DNA of 64,000 nt from Octopus vulgaris (GCA_951406725.2 OX597840.1:8432001-8496000), one strand, 5' to 3'. Positions 46,401 through 57,970 are shown, counted from the first letter of the stretch. A program made the numbers and translations. Notes: generated from the letters alone by a model not told the origin.

Positions 46401-49301
46401 CTTACACACCTTTACATAAGCGTGACTTAACGATATGGTTCTAACTGTCTTTGATAGGTTTCCAATCACCCGTAATTGTTTCTCTAGGGGTAATGTGACA
46501 CCTATCTGATTACAATCCCATTGACATATATCTGTAGCTGTCGATGGCAGAGATAATCTAGACACAATCTCTCCTTCGTTAGAAATGTATAACAAGCAAT
46601 CACTGTTTATGTCAGATACCACCAACTGTCCATTTACTAGATGGCATATTTCGACAATCAGAGTTTTTTTGTCATTCTCTTTTTCTTTAAGTCGTATATT
46701 CAGATTTCTTATGTAAGGAGTTTTTATGTGTAAACGACAGCTGGACTGGTCATAATACTCGTAAAGAAGAACTCTGTTGTGTTCAACGTCCGGCACGTAA
46801 ACAGTTCCTTGGAAAATAGCAATGTGAGGGTGAACAGGGAAAGGTAGCTTCCATTGCCATTTAATTTCTCCATGTATATTATAACATATCACAACAGACT
46901 CTTTTTTGAAGAAAACATAAAAATAAATATTGTCCGAATGGATGTGATGGGGGTAGCCGTAGAATTGAAGGTATTTTTCAAAAAGTTTTTCACTAGATGC
47001 GGAATAAAATACCAGTTTATTTTTCCTTCTGTCTAGGACTACAAAATTAATTGGAGTTGCAGCAATGGTGACATTATCATGTTCCAGAGAAATTCTTTCA
47101 ATGATATCAACTTTGTCTTCCTTAATCAATAGGATATGTATCTCCTGTTTATTATCACTGGTAGTCAGAGCTAAACACCTGTTTGATACCATATGACATA
47201 TTTTAATATAATCAGATTGAACCTTTATTAAAGGGCCTTTGTTTAGTTCAGGGCATGTGATATACTGAAGCCTTTTCATTTCATGATGAAAGACCAGAAA
47301 GCTGTTTGAGTTCAGTCTACAAAATATAGAAGGAGAGAAATCAAAAGTTAAATTATTTTGGCTAATTTTCCCTCCAATATCGGTGAAAAATATAGCTTTT
47401 TTATTCTTGTAGATCATCAGTATAGAAGATGTTGTCATAGGTAGAATATTTGTGATATTGTTGCAATCCTCAGTATAGATATAGTTGTTCAAACTATGGC
47501 TATGTAGCTGATGGCTGTATGACAACCTGGACCAGAAGTCTTTGTTTGTCTTAATAGTATGAGGAAAACACAAATAATCAATCAAGAAAATGGTATCTTT
47601 GCCAACAGAAATATACCGACATCTCCTGCCAATTTCTCTCTTTGAAACAGCACCTGTAGCTGAAATTCTATAAATAATATGTCCCTGGAGGACATAAAAA
47701 TGGTTTTGATACACAGCGATGTTGGTTGGAAGGTCCAGAGAATGGACCTCTACCTCAAATAACTGCTGGCCATTGAGATTGTAACAAATAACTCTGTTAA
47801 TATTGGTAAAGGATATTAACAGGTTATTCTGTGATCCTACAGCAATATCTGCAGGTAACTCTTTGGTAATGAATTGTTCGATAATTTCATTATCATCCCA
47901 GTCAACAAGGTATATGGTTTTACCAAACATTTCTACACCTATAAATGTAGAATGTTGTAAATACGAAACCATATAAAAACCCAGGGGAAGTGTTTTCAGT
48001 TTTAAACTAGAAGGATTGATAATAAGAATCATTTGTCTAAAGGGGAGTGTAGCCAGAACAGACTTTTGACCAATTCTGGTAAAATCAGTTACAGAAGACG
48101 GGCAATGAACCTCATTTCTGCCTTTATCTGATGTCGCACAACATATTGTCTTAAAAAGTTCGGAATACGTTACCACCGCATCTTGTAAGACAATAATTTT
48201 TGATATAATATTGCACACGTCTTCCCCTGATTCTTCAATCTTTGCTTCTCTGGTTCCAACCGGACAAACAGAACGAAATTTGTCTATCTTCGGTACACCA
48301 ATGGTCTTGTATGAATTGCTGGTCACAAAGGTGTCATAAAGATTCTTTTGAAACAATTCAAGGTCCTGTTCAATAGAAATATCTTGATTTTTCATATGTT
48401 TCTGCGAGATTCTGTCTTCTTCGATAACTAAATCTTGCCTAAACGCTTTGAATCTTTTAACAGACCAGCTAGTACTTTTATGTCCTTCGTCACTTGATCC
48501 GGAACCATCATCTCTCTCATTTCTCCGTTTTTTCTTTTCAACTCTTTCGTCACTTTTTGTTGCTGGATCACGGGAAACACTTTTCTGAGTAGTAGATGTT
48601 CTTGGAGTATTTTGCAAAGTGGAATTGGTACTTAATCCCGAACATTCGAAGTAGTTGCTCTCCTTAATTATATCTTGCCTAAACTCCTTGCTGCAGCAAT
48701 CTTGAGAATCAATTCTGTGTTGTTCAGCTTTTTGCTGTTGTTTCTTTTCTGTTTCCTTTCTGCTTCCTTTGCCTTTATATGCTTTGAATCTTTTAACAGA
48801 CCAGCTAGTACTTTTATGTCCTTCGTCACTTGATCCGGAACCATCATCTCTCTCATTTCTCCGTTTTTTCTTTTCAACTCTTTCGTCACTTTTTGTTGCT
48901 GGATCACGGGAAACACTTTTCTGAGTAGTAGATGTTCTTGGAGTATTTTGCAAAGTGGAATTGGTACTTAATCCCGAACATTCGAAGTAGTTGCTCTCCT
49001 TAATTATATCTTGCCTAAACTCCTTGCTGCAGCAATCTTGAGAATCAATTCTGTGTTGTTCAGCTTTTTGCTGTTGTTTCTTTTCTGTTTTCTTGCTTCT
49101 TCCTTTGCCTTTATATGCTTTGAATCTTTTAACAGACCTGCTAGTACTATCATGTCCTTCGTCACTTGATCCGGAACCTTCATCTCTCTCATTTCTCCAT
49201 TCTTTCTTATCAACTCTTTCATCACTTTTTGTTGCTGGATCATGGGAAACACTTTTCTGAGTAGTAGGAGTTCTTGGAATATTTCCTTTTGGGTCGTCCA
49301 T
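43494..49301 (-). CDS. 1935-aa uncharacterised protein: 112-aa N-terminal repeats plus ~6 NHL/SGL-like beta-propeller domains, single coding exon
   Basis: 5.8-kb uninterrupted ORF; blade motifs PADIAV, PTNIAV, VYVPDVEHNRVLLY, LVVSDINSDCL, DICQW...VTLP, VYVTD; conserved paralog at 34646-39091; no TE motifs. Confidence 0.88.
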   Translation of the reverse strand: MDDPKGNIPRTPTTQKSVSHDPATKSDERVDKKEWRNERDEGSGSSDEGHDSTSRSVKRFKAYKGKGRSKKTEKKQQQKAEQHRIDSQDCCSKEFRQDIIKESNYFECSGLSTNSTLQNTPRTSTTQKSVSRDPATKSDERVEKKKRRNERDDGSGSSDEGHKSTSWSVKRFKAYKGKGSRKETEKKQQQKAEQHRIDSQDCCSKEFRQDIIKESNYFECSGLSTNSTLQNTPRTSTTQKSVSRDPATKSDERVEKKKRRNERDDGSGSSDEGHKSTSWSVKRFKAFRQDLVIEEDRISQKHMKNQDISIEQDLELFQKNLYDTFVTSNSYKTIGVPKIDKFRSVCPVGTREAKIEESGEDVCNIISKIIVLQDAVVTYSELFKTICCATSDKGRNEVHCPSSVTDFTRIGQKSVLATLPFRQMILIINPSSLKLKTLPLGFYMVSYLQHSTFIGVEMFGKTIYLVDWDDNEIIEQFITKELPADIAVGSQNNLLISFTNINRVICYNLNGQQLFEVEVHSLDLPTNIAVYQNHFYVLQGHIIYRISATGAVSKREIGRRCRYISVGKDTIFLIDYLCFPHTIKTNKDFWSRLSYSHQLHSHSLNNYIYTEDCNNITNILPMTTSSILMIYKNKKAIFFTDIGGKISQNNLTFDFSPSIFCRLNSNSFLVFHHEMKRLQYITCPELNKGPLIKVQSDYIKICHMVSNRCLALTTSDNKQEIHILLIKEDKVDIIERISLEHDNVTIAATPINFVVLDRRKNKLVFYSASSEKLFEKYLQFYGYPHHIHSDNIYFYVFFKKESVVICYNIHGEIKWQWKLPFPVHPHIAIFQGTVYVPDVEHNRVLLYEYYDQSSCRLHIKTPYIRNLNIRLKEKENDKKTLIVEICHLVNGQLVVSDINSDCLLYISNEGEIVSRLSLPSTATDICQWDCNQIGVTLPLEKQLRVIGNLSKTVRTISLSHAYVKVCKLGNGHIVCYSDKPSQLDILAIKNYNQVEMIRRINIPFVVKSLEIENKTLKLLIVTRNKVFQYNTSIDSVGHSYRNSIKMIPRDFLSGVKHSHNFSGGCIDKMFVYLIGNSRVLAINDHNLVGRDHIMNNQLILYIDLLDVFSRNICVGEMWSSTLYVQDMTVSDKARHVIVPPGFGDEKLVRIDCLVITENNLIAVYDSENRNIKILTFDGQLLDFIKLGVSSEFKSDINMCRWQSNTLIITTKFQLLTLKVEFPLSLTIYQTENVYEFIASLSNNQLACRRRGEAGTLYVIEIDEVFLTVNIIKKLDAGRILLEGHIDSVHDIITDANDVIIVNNNRYFDFFNTDGEHLHSIRHYMDYSSISNTMTTDNCYLYVHGQWERYFGGNKYNNILCFTQTGEYSRRFLNDRIYKDEVNFTSINCKGPRFVGSCSNINKLYVEGLFQVKREIFPVTRLLTDKCPVQVKDIDISDEGKTIVCEKANNGIVKIFDRDGQMLCHKDVRSLVGGVCFTGDSDIMVTIPERQEIFQLKQQDLEKYKVWQSHVPYGVIWRTEANIYWCVHINLIEYHRIKIDGDQVNILESSSILNLDSGLHFPSITSQMNKKIFSIELINNLEQSRGDGEGRKGKSNEISSKVRLKVRCGNYIAESMSGIQEVSVKKLPYRTAVVPLSIPTVEEPVNYLYDFDSNRSKLIKLYDNFSVFMFRDTVTLICTTTGDILQHKQLPQPSPLDICRWTNKRFIVVYDKRLVVFNRDLCRLKIINTEKYYNRICKYNENQLVCGGISSSRESFCVYVDVLDIDIDNGTCERKNEMYSEVKMREWEEVGVWMWMLMREEVGLGVLDIAVTSSGDVVVVKWENDSQDVVVLWYREKSLVNSICLPKCTNYLNFKHRPCLTTLGDYVYVTDRLNNIYQIPGHIPHQTSEDIHKYLLLRDDDNEVFQVLGFDISDNSFMVFGIIAGRQSFAFFHYER
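48445..49280 (-). repeat. Coding tandem repeat, 336 bp (112 aa) x ~2.5
   Basis: PRT(P/S)TTQKSVS...VKRFKA occurs three times; side ORFs 48668-48916 and 49004-49252 are offset by exactly 336 bp. Confidence 0.95.
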
Positions 49302-49308
49302 AATGATT

Positions 49309-49335
49309 CTATAATGAAATATAAGGAAAATATTT
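49309..49335 (-). promoter_or_regulatory. 3' splice acceptor 7 nt upstream of the ATG
   Basis: Minus: ttttccttatatttcattatAG|AATCATT-ATG. Confidence 0.65.
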
Positions 49336-49350
49336 AGCTCTAAGAGAATA

Positions 49351-49896
49351 TTGGGTTGTCCAGAAAGTTCGTGCCAATTTTTAAAGGAAAGAAAAAGGTC
49401 AATAAATACTAGCCATTACATTTTTAATCAATCAAATATGAACCATTTTGTTGCACAATGCGTCTCCATCTTTCCTTTAACTTGAAAGTACCCTCTTCCC
49501 AGAATTGAGGTGGTTTCATGACAAAGAATTCATCAAGGTATCTTTTTATGTCATCCAAGGAATTGAAATTTTTACCATTAAGACTATTCTGCTGAGACCT
49601 AAATAAGTGGAAATCTGAAGGAGCAATATCTGGTGAATATGGAGGGTGGGGTAACACATCCCAGCCAAGCTGCAGCAATTTTTGTCTGGTTCCCAAAGCA
49701 TCAAGTGCCGAAAATGAACTTTCTTATCTTCCATTTTAAAGGGTTACAGAATTAACACAGGTTATAGGAAAAGATAGCTTAAATTGTGCTCTATATGGAG
49801 GTGTAATCAAATCCTATTTTACGGACTCAACCATGTCCTAAAATAAGTTGAAAGGTAAGCTACTATAAATTGGCACGAACTTTCCGGACAACCCAA
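49351..49896 (-). mobile_element. Internally deleted mariner (mellifera-like) with both TIRs
   Basis: TA|TTGGGTTGTCCAGAAAGTT...AACTTTCCGGACAACCCAA|TA; N-terminus MEDKKVHFRHLML joined to C-terminus LGWDVLPHPPYSPDIAPSDFHLFRS...QQNGSYLID. Confidence 0.92.
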
Positions 49897-50853
49897 TATT
49901 ATAGTTTGAGGGAGGAAATGTTCATTTCATTACTTTAAAAACACAAACAATGCATATATTACATGGAAAAATGTGAGCAAAAGAAATAATCTTCTTAAGA
50001 TTATAAACCTGGAAAAGTACAGAACAAGTTATTACATCTGGTAAAATATGGAAGAAGAAAATTTTTACTTAAAATATTACAGCTAAGGATAAAACTTCAA
50101 ATAATATATTTAGATTTAGAAAATATTAGCTTTTATTAAAACTGAAAATAATTCAATTAAAATATTTTTTGTATTTCACAAAAATTCATTTTTTTCATTA
50201 TTATTTAATAATTAAATATACCTTTCGTAATACAGTTTATAATAATTTCAGACAATGCAAAATAATTTTCAGAAGCCATTCCACATTAAAATGTTAATGT
50301 AGGATAAACATGTAATGAGAGAAAAATATACTGTCACCAAATTGTTAAATATTCAAGCAATTTTTCTTGTTTATGAAAGGTATTTAAAAATTAGAAATTT
50401 GAAAATACATAATAAAAATAATTAATTAGTACAATAATTAATATAATACAAAAATTAGTTATATATTACAGTAAAATCTATCTATAACAACAAAATCACA
50501 GTAAAATTTGCTTGAGTTACTGACAAAGTTATTGCCAAGTCTTCACATTTTTAGTCTTGACACAATGCCTACTTTTTACATAATGAATTTACCTACCATA
50601 TATACACTTCTACTTTGCATAAAACTTTAGCTATATTCATACTTCTGGTTCTCATTTTTTAAAATATTCAAGTGTATCAATATTTTGACAAAGTGATGGT
50701 ACCTTTCTTTCTACAAATCTATTCTTTCAAATAACTATCACTCTTTCTCCCTCAATTTAAAATTTTAATACAATATTTAAATCTAATCTATGAAGATATA
50801 TAAAAAATATCGTCTTTTAAAACTTAATAGGATGTTAAATTCTTATAATACAA

Positions 50854-51366
50854 CTAGCAGTATCGCCCGGCGTTGCTCGGGTTTGTAAGGGAAATAACTA
50901 TATAAGCATTTTTAGAGAGTTACTTCCCTTATAGATGCCAATTCGGGCTTTCTTAGCCATTTCTGTTTTGGTGTCTTCAAGCTATGAAGTCGTTGTTCTA
51001 AAAGAACGCTAGTCTCCTTGACAACGCTTTATGACGTTGATTTCCTTACACTCCCTTCCCCACAGCTTCACGAGGGAGGGAAGAAGGGGGAGAAGCAAAC
51101 AGGTGCAGGTGTGACCGTGGACGCCAACTCTGCCGCCATCGACACACGAAAAATTATGCATTAAAATGGAATAAAAAATGATGTTAAATTATTTTTAAAA
51201 TCGTAGACTCATCGTAGACGCGCGCTAATACTCAGACGGGCTCAATATGAATCACGACTATAAGATACCCGAATTTGGTTAAACTGCACCGCAAAATGTG
51301 GGAGTAGTTAGGAATCTAAATCGAAGGCGACAGACACTCACACAACTACAGTTTTATATATATAGA
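50854..51366 (-). mobile_element. Non-autonomous Helitron (paralog of 912-1426)
   Basis: TC 5' end; hairpin plus CTAG 3' end on the minus strand. Confidence 0.75.
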
Positions 51367-52148
51367 TTTATGAGTTGAAATGTTAAAACATTAAAATTAT
51401 TTATATATACAGTAAATTATTTGAAAGTTGACATTTTGTTTAAAATATACTAAAATCATATTTTCTGTTCTCTTTTACTCTTTACTCTCTTTTACTTGTT
51501 TCAGTCATTTAACCGTGGCCATGGTGGAGCACCGCCTTTAATCGAGCAAATCGACCCCGGGACTTATTCTTTGGATGCCTAGTACTTATTCTAACGGTCT
51601 CTTTTGCGGAACCGCTAAGTAACAGGGATATAAATACACCAGCATCAGTTGTCAAGCAATATTGGGAGGACAAACGCGGACACACAAACACACACACATA
51701 TATATACATACATATATACGACGGGCTTCTTTCAGTTTCCGTCTACCAAATCCACTCGCAAGGCTTTGGTCTGCCCGAGGCTATAGTAGAAGACACTTGC
51801 CCAAGGTGCCACGCAGTGGGACTGAACCCGGGACCATGTGGTTGGTAAGCAAGCTACTTACTACACAGCCACTCCTGCGCCTGTTGTTGACAATCAGTAA
51901 AAAATGAGGAGAGGAAAAGTGTCGTGGAGCAGCAGCAATCGTTCATGGGCCGGTGCTTCAGGTGCCAGGGACCACACAACAAGGGACTGCACGGAGACAA
52001 AGCCTGAACCCATTTGCTACTGTTGCAGGCAGGCAGGGTATATTGCTCGAAATTGACAGCAGGGAAAAGGCCATGGGGAAGTTGCTGCCCCTCAAACATA
52101 CCCTGAGAGCAAGTAGAGGCTTTAATGTAGTCATGGCCCATAGCTGAA

Positions 52149-52937
52149 AAGGTGGCAAGCTGGCAGAATCGTTCGCACGGCGGGTGAAATGCGTTGCCAT
52201 ATTTCGTCTGTCATTACGTTCTGAGTTCAAATTCCGCCAAGGTCGACTTTGCCTTTCATCCTTTCGGGGTCGATTAAATAAAGTACCAGTTTCCAACTGG
52301 GGTCGATGTATTCGACTTAATCCCTTTGTCTGTTCTTGTTTGTCCCTTCTATGTTTAGCCCCTTGTGGGCAGATAAAGAAATAGGTATTTTGTCTGCCGT
52401 TATGTTCAGAGTTCAAATTCCGCCGATGTCGACTTTGCCTTTCATCCTCTCGGGGTCGATTAAATAAATTACCAGTTTCCAACTGGGGTCGATGTAATCG
52501 ACTTAATTCCTTTGTCTGTTCTTGTTTGTCCCTTCTATGTTTAGCCCCTTGTGGGCAGTAAAGAAATAGGTATTTTGTCTGCCGTTATGTTCAGAGTTCA
52601 AATTCCGCCGATGTCGACTTTGCCTTTCATCCTTTCGGGGTCGATTAAATAAATTACCAGTTTCCAACTGGGGTCGATGTAATCGACTTAATTCCTTTGT
52701 CTGTTCTTGTTTGTCCCTTCTATGTTTAGCCCCTTGTGGGCAGTAAAGAAATAGGTATTTTGTCTGCCGTTATGCTCAGAGTAGTTGAAATTCCGCCGAG
52801 GTCGACTTTGCCTTTCATCCTCTCGGGGTCGATAAATTAAGTACCAGTTATGCACTGGGTTCGATGTAATCGACTTAATCCCTTTGTTCTTGTTTGTCCC
52901 TTCTATGTTTAGCTCCTTGTGGGCAGTAAAGAAATAC
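52149..52937 (+). repeat. SINE family B tandem array, 4 units
   Basis: Anchors at 52336, 52522, 52707, 52890. Confidence 0.9.
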
Positions 52938-54814
52938 ATTGCCCATAGTTAAATTCCTGGTTGGAGGAAAGGTGTTCAAAGCCCTCATGGATATGGGCTG
53001 TACAATGTCTTGCGTGAACCCAAGGGTAACAAAACAACGGAAGGGGATGAGTAGTGTCCCGGCAATCGAAGCAGTGAAATTGGATGTAAGACAAGCAGCA
53101 AATTAGAAATAGCAGTGCAGAGCACAACATCATCGTCATTGTTCGACCGTGGTCAAGACAATGGAATTTACTATGTTACGCCAGACTTCACGGTCATCAT
53201 AGCATTACAGAGGTCCTGTAGCTGGATGCCTGTATCCCTGGAGATTACATCAGGGTAGGAGAGTGTGTGCCCTCTGGTTTCGTGAGTAGATTGCTTCCAT
53301 AGGAGAAGAGTAGAAATTGCCTTGTTTTCAGCTCTACAACAATATCCAGCAAACTGGACTCTTGTACCTTTCACAAGAGATGACACAGGTGGTAGTTTCC
53401 CATATATTTACATTTTGGTTGGATGACGCTTCCATGAGAGATTTTGAGCTCTCATAAGGAGGCGAGTGTAAGTTCCATCCAACCGCCTCTCGAGCTTCTT
53501 TGATAACGTCCAGGCTTCTGAGCCATATAGTAGATTTGGTTCGACTATATATATATATATATATATATACAATCATCATCATTGTTTGCCCGTGGTTGAG
53601 ACAATGGAATTTACTATGCTACGCCAGACTTCACGGTCCGTCATAGCATTACGGAGGTCCTGTTGCTGGATGCCTGTATCCCTGGAGATTATTCAGGGTA
53701 GGAGAGTGTGTGCCCTCTGGTATCGTGAGCAGATGGCTTCAAGAGGAAAAGTGTAGAAATTGCCTCGTTTTCAGCTCTACAACAATGTCCAGCAAACTGG
53801 ACTCTCCTACCTTTCACAAGAGATGATACAGGTGTAGTTTCCCATATATTTGTACTTTGGTTGGATGACACTTCCACGAGAGATTTTGAGCTCTCGTAAG
53901 GAGGCGAGTGTAGGCTGCGGGTAATTGTGATCGACCATGTGGTAGAATGAACTGATGTGGTGATGGGCATGGACGTAATCAACCACCTAGGAGGTGTCAG
54001 TGTTTGTGGAGACATGGTTTCATTTCGTGTTACAGGGGCATTATGCGCGATGTGTCTGCAACAGGAGAAAGGAAAGCACCATGGGGCAGAAAGGGCTGCT
54101 TACACCATTGAAGATAAAGATTTTCAGGCAGTGTTCGACGATCAGTGGTAGACTGTTGAGTGGCGCTGGAAAGAGGAGCCCTCAATGCTGAGAAACAGGC
54201 TAAGCTTTTGTCATCATACCTTGGAAGGAGATGCTAGGAGTGAGTTTGAAGGAGAAGTAGAGAGATGGATCAAGGAGGGTATCCTTATCCTGTGGAAGGA
54301 AGAAGTGAAGAGCCGAGTGCTCCGACTGATGGTAATGGTACAGCCAACAAAGGGCAAGGCCAGGACTGTACTGGACCTTCGAGAGATCAATGGTCATGTG
54401 TCGTGCCACACGGGCGGCGGGGTAGGTTAGGTAGGTGTATATTAAGAAAATGGACATTCAAATGCAAAACGCGAGCAGAACAACTAAATAGATACTCTCT
54501 TGCAGTCAAAAACTAAAAACGTTGTTGGTTAATTTAGAAAACTTTAGACCGTTTCATTTGGTATTATGAGAAAAATACAAAAACTAAGCAGACTCCAGCT
54601 CGTGCCGAGGGATTTAGAAAGTAAATTTTTTAAGGCGGATTAAATTCAACAGCTTGAAATGCTAAAATGTTACTCACAAAATAATGTATATATACAAAAA
54701 TACATACCAAATAGCTACAAGGAATTGATATACAGATAGCTCTGATGAATGCTTAATGATGTAAATGTGCTAGAAAATTGTAAGTTGATTAAATAAAACC
54801 TGATAATATTTTTT

Positions 54815-55312
54815 TAAAATATGCCCTCCATGAGGCATTTGCCATATTCTGAACGCCTTACTTCCCTGGGCATGATACATTGAAACTCCGACGTCTGGCA
54901 GCTGACTTGGCAGACACCCATAAAATTATTAACCATCTTACAAACAATAACTCTGAGCACCTTTTCAAACTCCACCCGTCTAACACCCGTGGGCATATTT
55001 ACAAAGTCAGAAAACAGCACAGCTCCCATGACTTCAGGAAACATTTTTTCACGCTGAGAGTTGCTGAAGCATGGAACAAACTGCCGGCATCAGTTGTTAG
55101 TTGTCGGAGCACTGCATCCTTCAAAACTTCCATGCTTCCTGAGATTTGCCAACACTACACCTGATTTTCTCCCCTCCATACACATGCAAGCATGTATCTG
55201 ACTCATACATTGTTCACTTCCCAGACATTTGTACATTACTGCATATGCTTTATACGCACTTTCTGACAAGTTGTGGTGCACCTGAGCACTGTATACAATA
55301 ATTTCATTATTT
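54815..55312 (+). mobile_element. CR1-group LINE 3' fragment
   Basis: Paralog of 5450-5948; TRGH...HFFTLRVAEAWNKLP. Confidence 0.85.
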
Positions 55313-55417
55313 TAAATGGTAACTAAAATTACAGGAGGAATCTTAAAAATTATCAAGTAAAATTGAAAACTATAGATTTCAATAAAGTTTTGAAGGAAGA
55401 AAAAATATAATATTTAC

Positions 55418-55525
55418 CAGATTGGATTTCAATTTCAGCCTGAAGTCTTTGTCTAAGGAAAGTCTTGCGCGGTCAATGTGTTGAAGCAACTGCAACGGAA
55501 TTCTGTTGAATTTGGTCTATTTATA
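55418..55525 (-). promoter_or_regulatory. Putative TATA promoter and non-coding exon 1 of the 1935-aa gene
   Basis: TATAAATA (55525-55518), Inr-like GCAGTT and donor CTG|GTAAAT (55418/55417) in a non-TE island; same strand as the orphan acceptor at 49309. Confidence 0.45.
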
Positions 55526-55665
55526 GGGTGGCAGTCAGAGATGTTTACACTTGCAGTTATTATATTTTGAGATAAGAATCTGTTGTGTGTATGGGGGAGT
55601 CTGTGTGCGTATGCAAGCTTTTCACATAATCTGTTATGCACTTAGTCACATATACATACATACAC

Positions 55666-55716
<51 letters not shown>

Positions 55717-56013
55717 TATTTATTTTAAATATATATATATATATATATATATAGTGTTGCATATGTGTTACCGCTACTGTTTATAACTCACTCTGAGATT
55801 TATCATTATATATGTATATATATATATATATATATATAGGCATAGGAGTGGCTGTGTGGTAAGTAGCTTGCTAACGAACCACATGGTTTCGGGTTCAGTC
55901 TCACTGCGTGGCACCTTGAGCAAGTGTCTTCTACTATAGCCTCAGGCTGACCAAAGCTTTGTGAGTGGATTTGGTAGATGGAAACTGAAAGAAGCCCGTC
56001 GTATATATGTATA

Positions 56014-56970
56014 TCTCTCTATATATAAAAGGCAGGTTGTCTGTCTTTGTGTCTGTCAGGTTGTACCCTCACCCTGACCACGGTTTTCAACCGATTCTGA
56101 TGAAACTTGACACACACATAGCCCAATGTCATAATTCAAAACTAACGCAGCGAATATTTTGAAATTTCCCCTAGTTCTGAAAAAAATCAATAAATTTGAC
56201 ATTAGGGTCGAGAATCTAAGCTTTTCATATGCAACACATTTTCTGTTGTAGTTTTCGCAACTATCAATCGATTTTATCCAAACTCATGGTGAAGCTTAAT
56301 GTTACCCTAAGAAACTTAATTCTGACGTTAGTTTTCTATGCAATACCTTACCATCAGAAAAAAATCGATAAAATCATGCCATTTTGGGAAATCGCATTCA
56401 AATTCAAGATGACATATTTTCGACAATATCTTTAACAAATTGGCAGGAATTTTTTTTTAAATTCACAGCAAGCATCATGTCTGCTCCAAGGAGCTATATG
56501 GCCCTTTTTATTCCAATAGGATACTTTATTACTGGAAAAAATCGGTTAATTAAATCATATGTGGCACACATAGCAAACCGATTTGTGTATTAAACACAAG
56601 CCACAGACTGTGTAGGGGACGCAACTCGAACTTCTTTAACTCTCTTACTTCCCCAAATAACTTTCAAACAGCTATCGATAATTCAACCCACAGGAGGAAA
56701 TCTAGACTTAATCTTCAAGGTATCCCACATACAAACCAAAAGTTACATTGAAACCTCCAGACTAACCTAAGTTTTTGTGCACCAATTCCTACCAGGAAGA
56801 AATTACATTCGAGACTTTACCCCCAACACCGCCACTTCAAGCAGTGAATGAGACAAAACATGTCCAGACAACATAACCTTGGTATACTTCTGCTAATCGC
56901 TGCTAAAGCCGCCAGTTGTTGCCTACTAGGGGCTCTTACATACCCGGGCAACGCCGGGCTATGCTGCTAG
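56014..56970 (+). mobile_element. Non-autonomous Helitron inside SINE A (paralog of 6625-7580)
   Basis: TC start; CCCGG/CCGGG hairpin plus CTAG|T. Confidence 0.85.
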
Positions 56971-57970
56971 TATATATATATATATATATATGCGTGTGTG
57001 TATCTGTTTTTGTCCCCCTAGCATTGCTTGACAACCGATGCTGGTGTGTTTATGTCCCCGTTACTTAGCGGTTCGGCAAAAGTGTCCGATAGAATAAGTA
57101 CTGGGCTTACAAAGGAATAAGTCGATTACATCGACCTCTGTGTGTAACTGGTACTTAATTTATTGACCCTGAATGGATGAAAGGCAAAGTCGACCCTGGC
57201 GGAATTTGAACTCAGAATGTAACGGCAGACAAAATACCTATTTCTTTATTGTCCACAAGGGGCTAAACACAGAGTGGACAAACAAGGACAGACAAATGGA
57301 TTGAGTCGGTAAGGACAGACAAATGGATTGAGTGCGTAACTGGTACTTAATTTATCGACCCCGAAAGGATGAAAGGCAAAGTCGACCTCGGCGGAATTTG
57401 AACTCAGAACGTAACAGCAGACAACATACTGCTGAGCATTTCACAGGCATACAAACACTTCTGCCAGCTTGCCACATTACAGAACCCGTGTCTGGTGACT
57501 TTTGTGTAGCCCTTGTATGTATACATGCAAACACAGAGAAAGCAATTTTCACATCATGAATGTTTACGTATGATTTTAGGTTAAGCATAAACAACCGTAT
57601 ATATACACTAAACTATCATTTTCAGTCATAATTAACTAACTAACTAACATCTACATCTGGCTATAAACACATGTATTTTGCTTATCAAATTGAGGCTGTC
57701 GTATTGGACTTCTTTATCTGCATAATTGTTCCCATGTCTGTCTGTATGTATGTATGTAAGAATGTATGTATGTATGTATGTATGTATGCATGCATTAATG
57801 TATGTATGTATGTGTGTGTATGTATGTATGTATATATGTATGCATGTATGTATGTAAGAATGTATGTATGTATGTATGTATGTTTGCATGAATGTATGTA
57901 AGAATGTATGTAAGAATGTATGTATGTATGTATGTATGTATGTATGTATGTATGTATGTATGTATGTATG

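Larger units (their letters stand above)
49943..57121. repeat. Segmental duplication copy 2 (paralog of 1-7735)
   Basis: Same order of Helitron, SINE A (51469-51880), SINE B array, RTE pieces (53130-53911), Gypsy piece (53912-54420), CR1 piece (54815-55310) and second Helitron. Confidence 0.95.
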
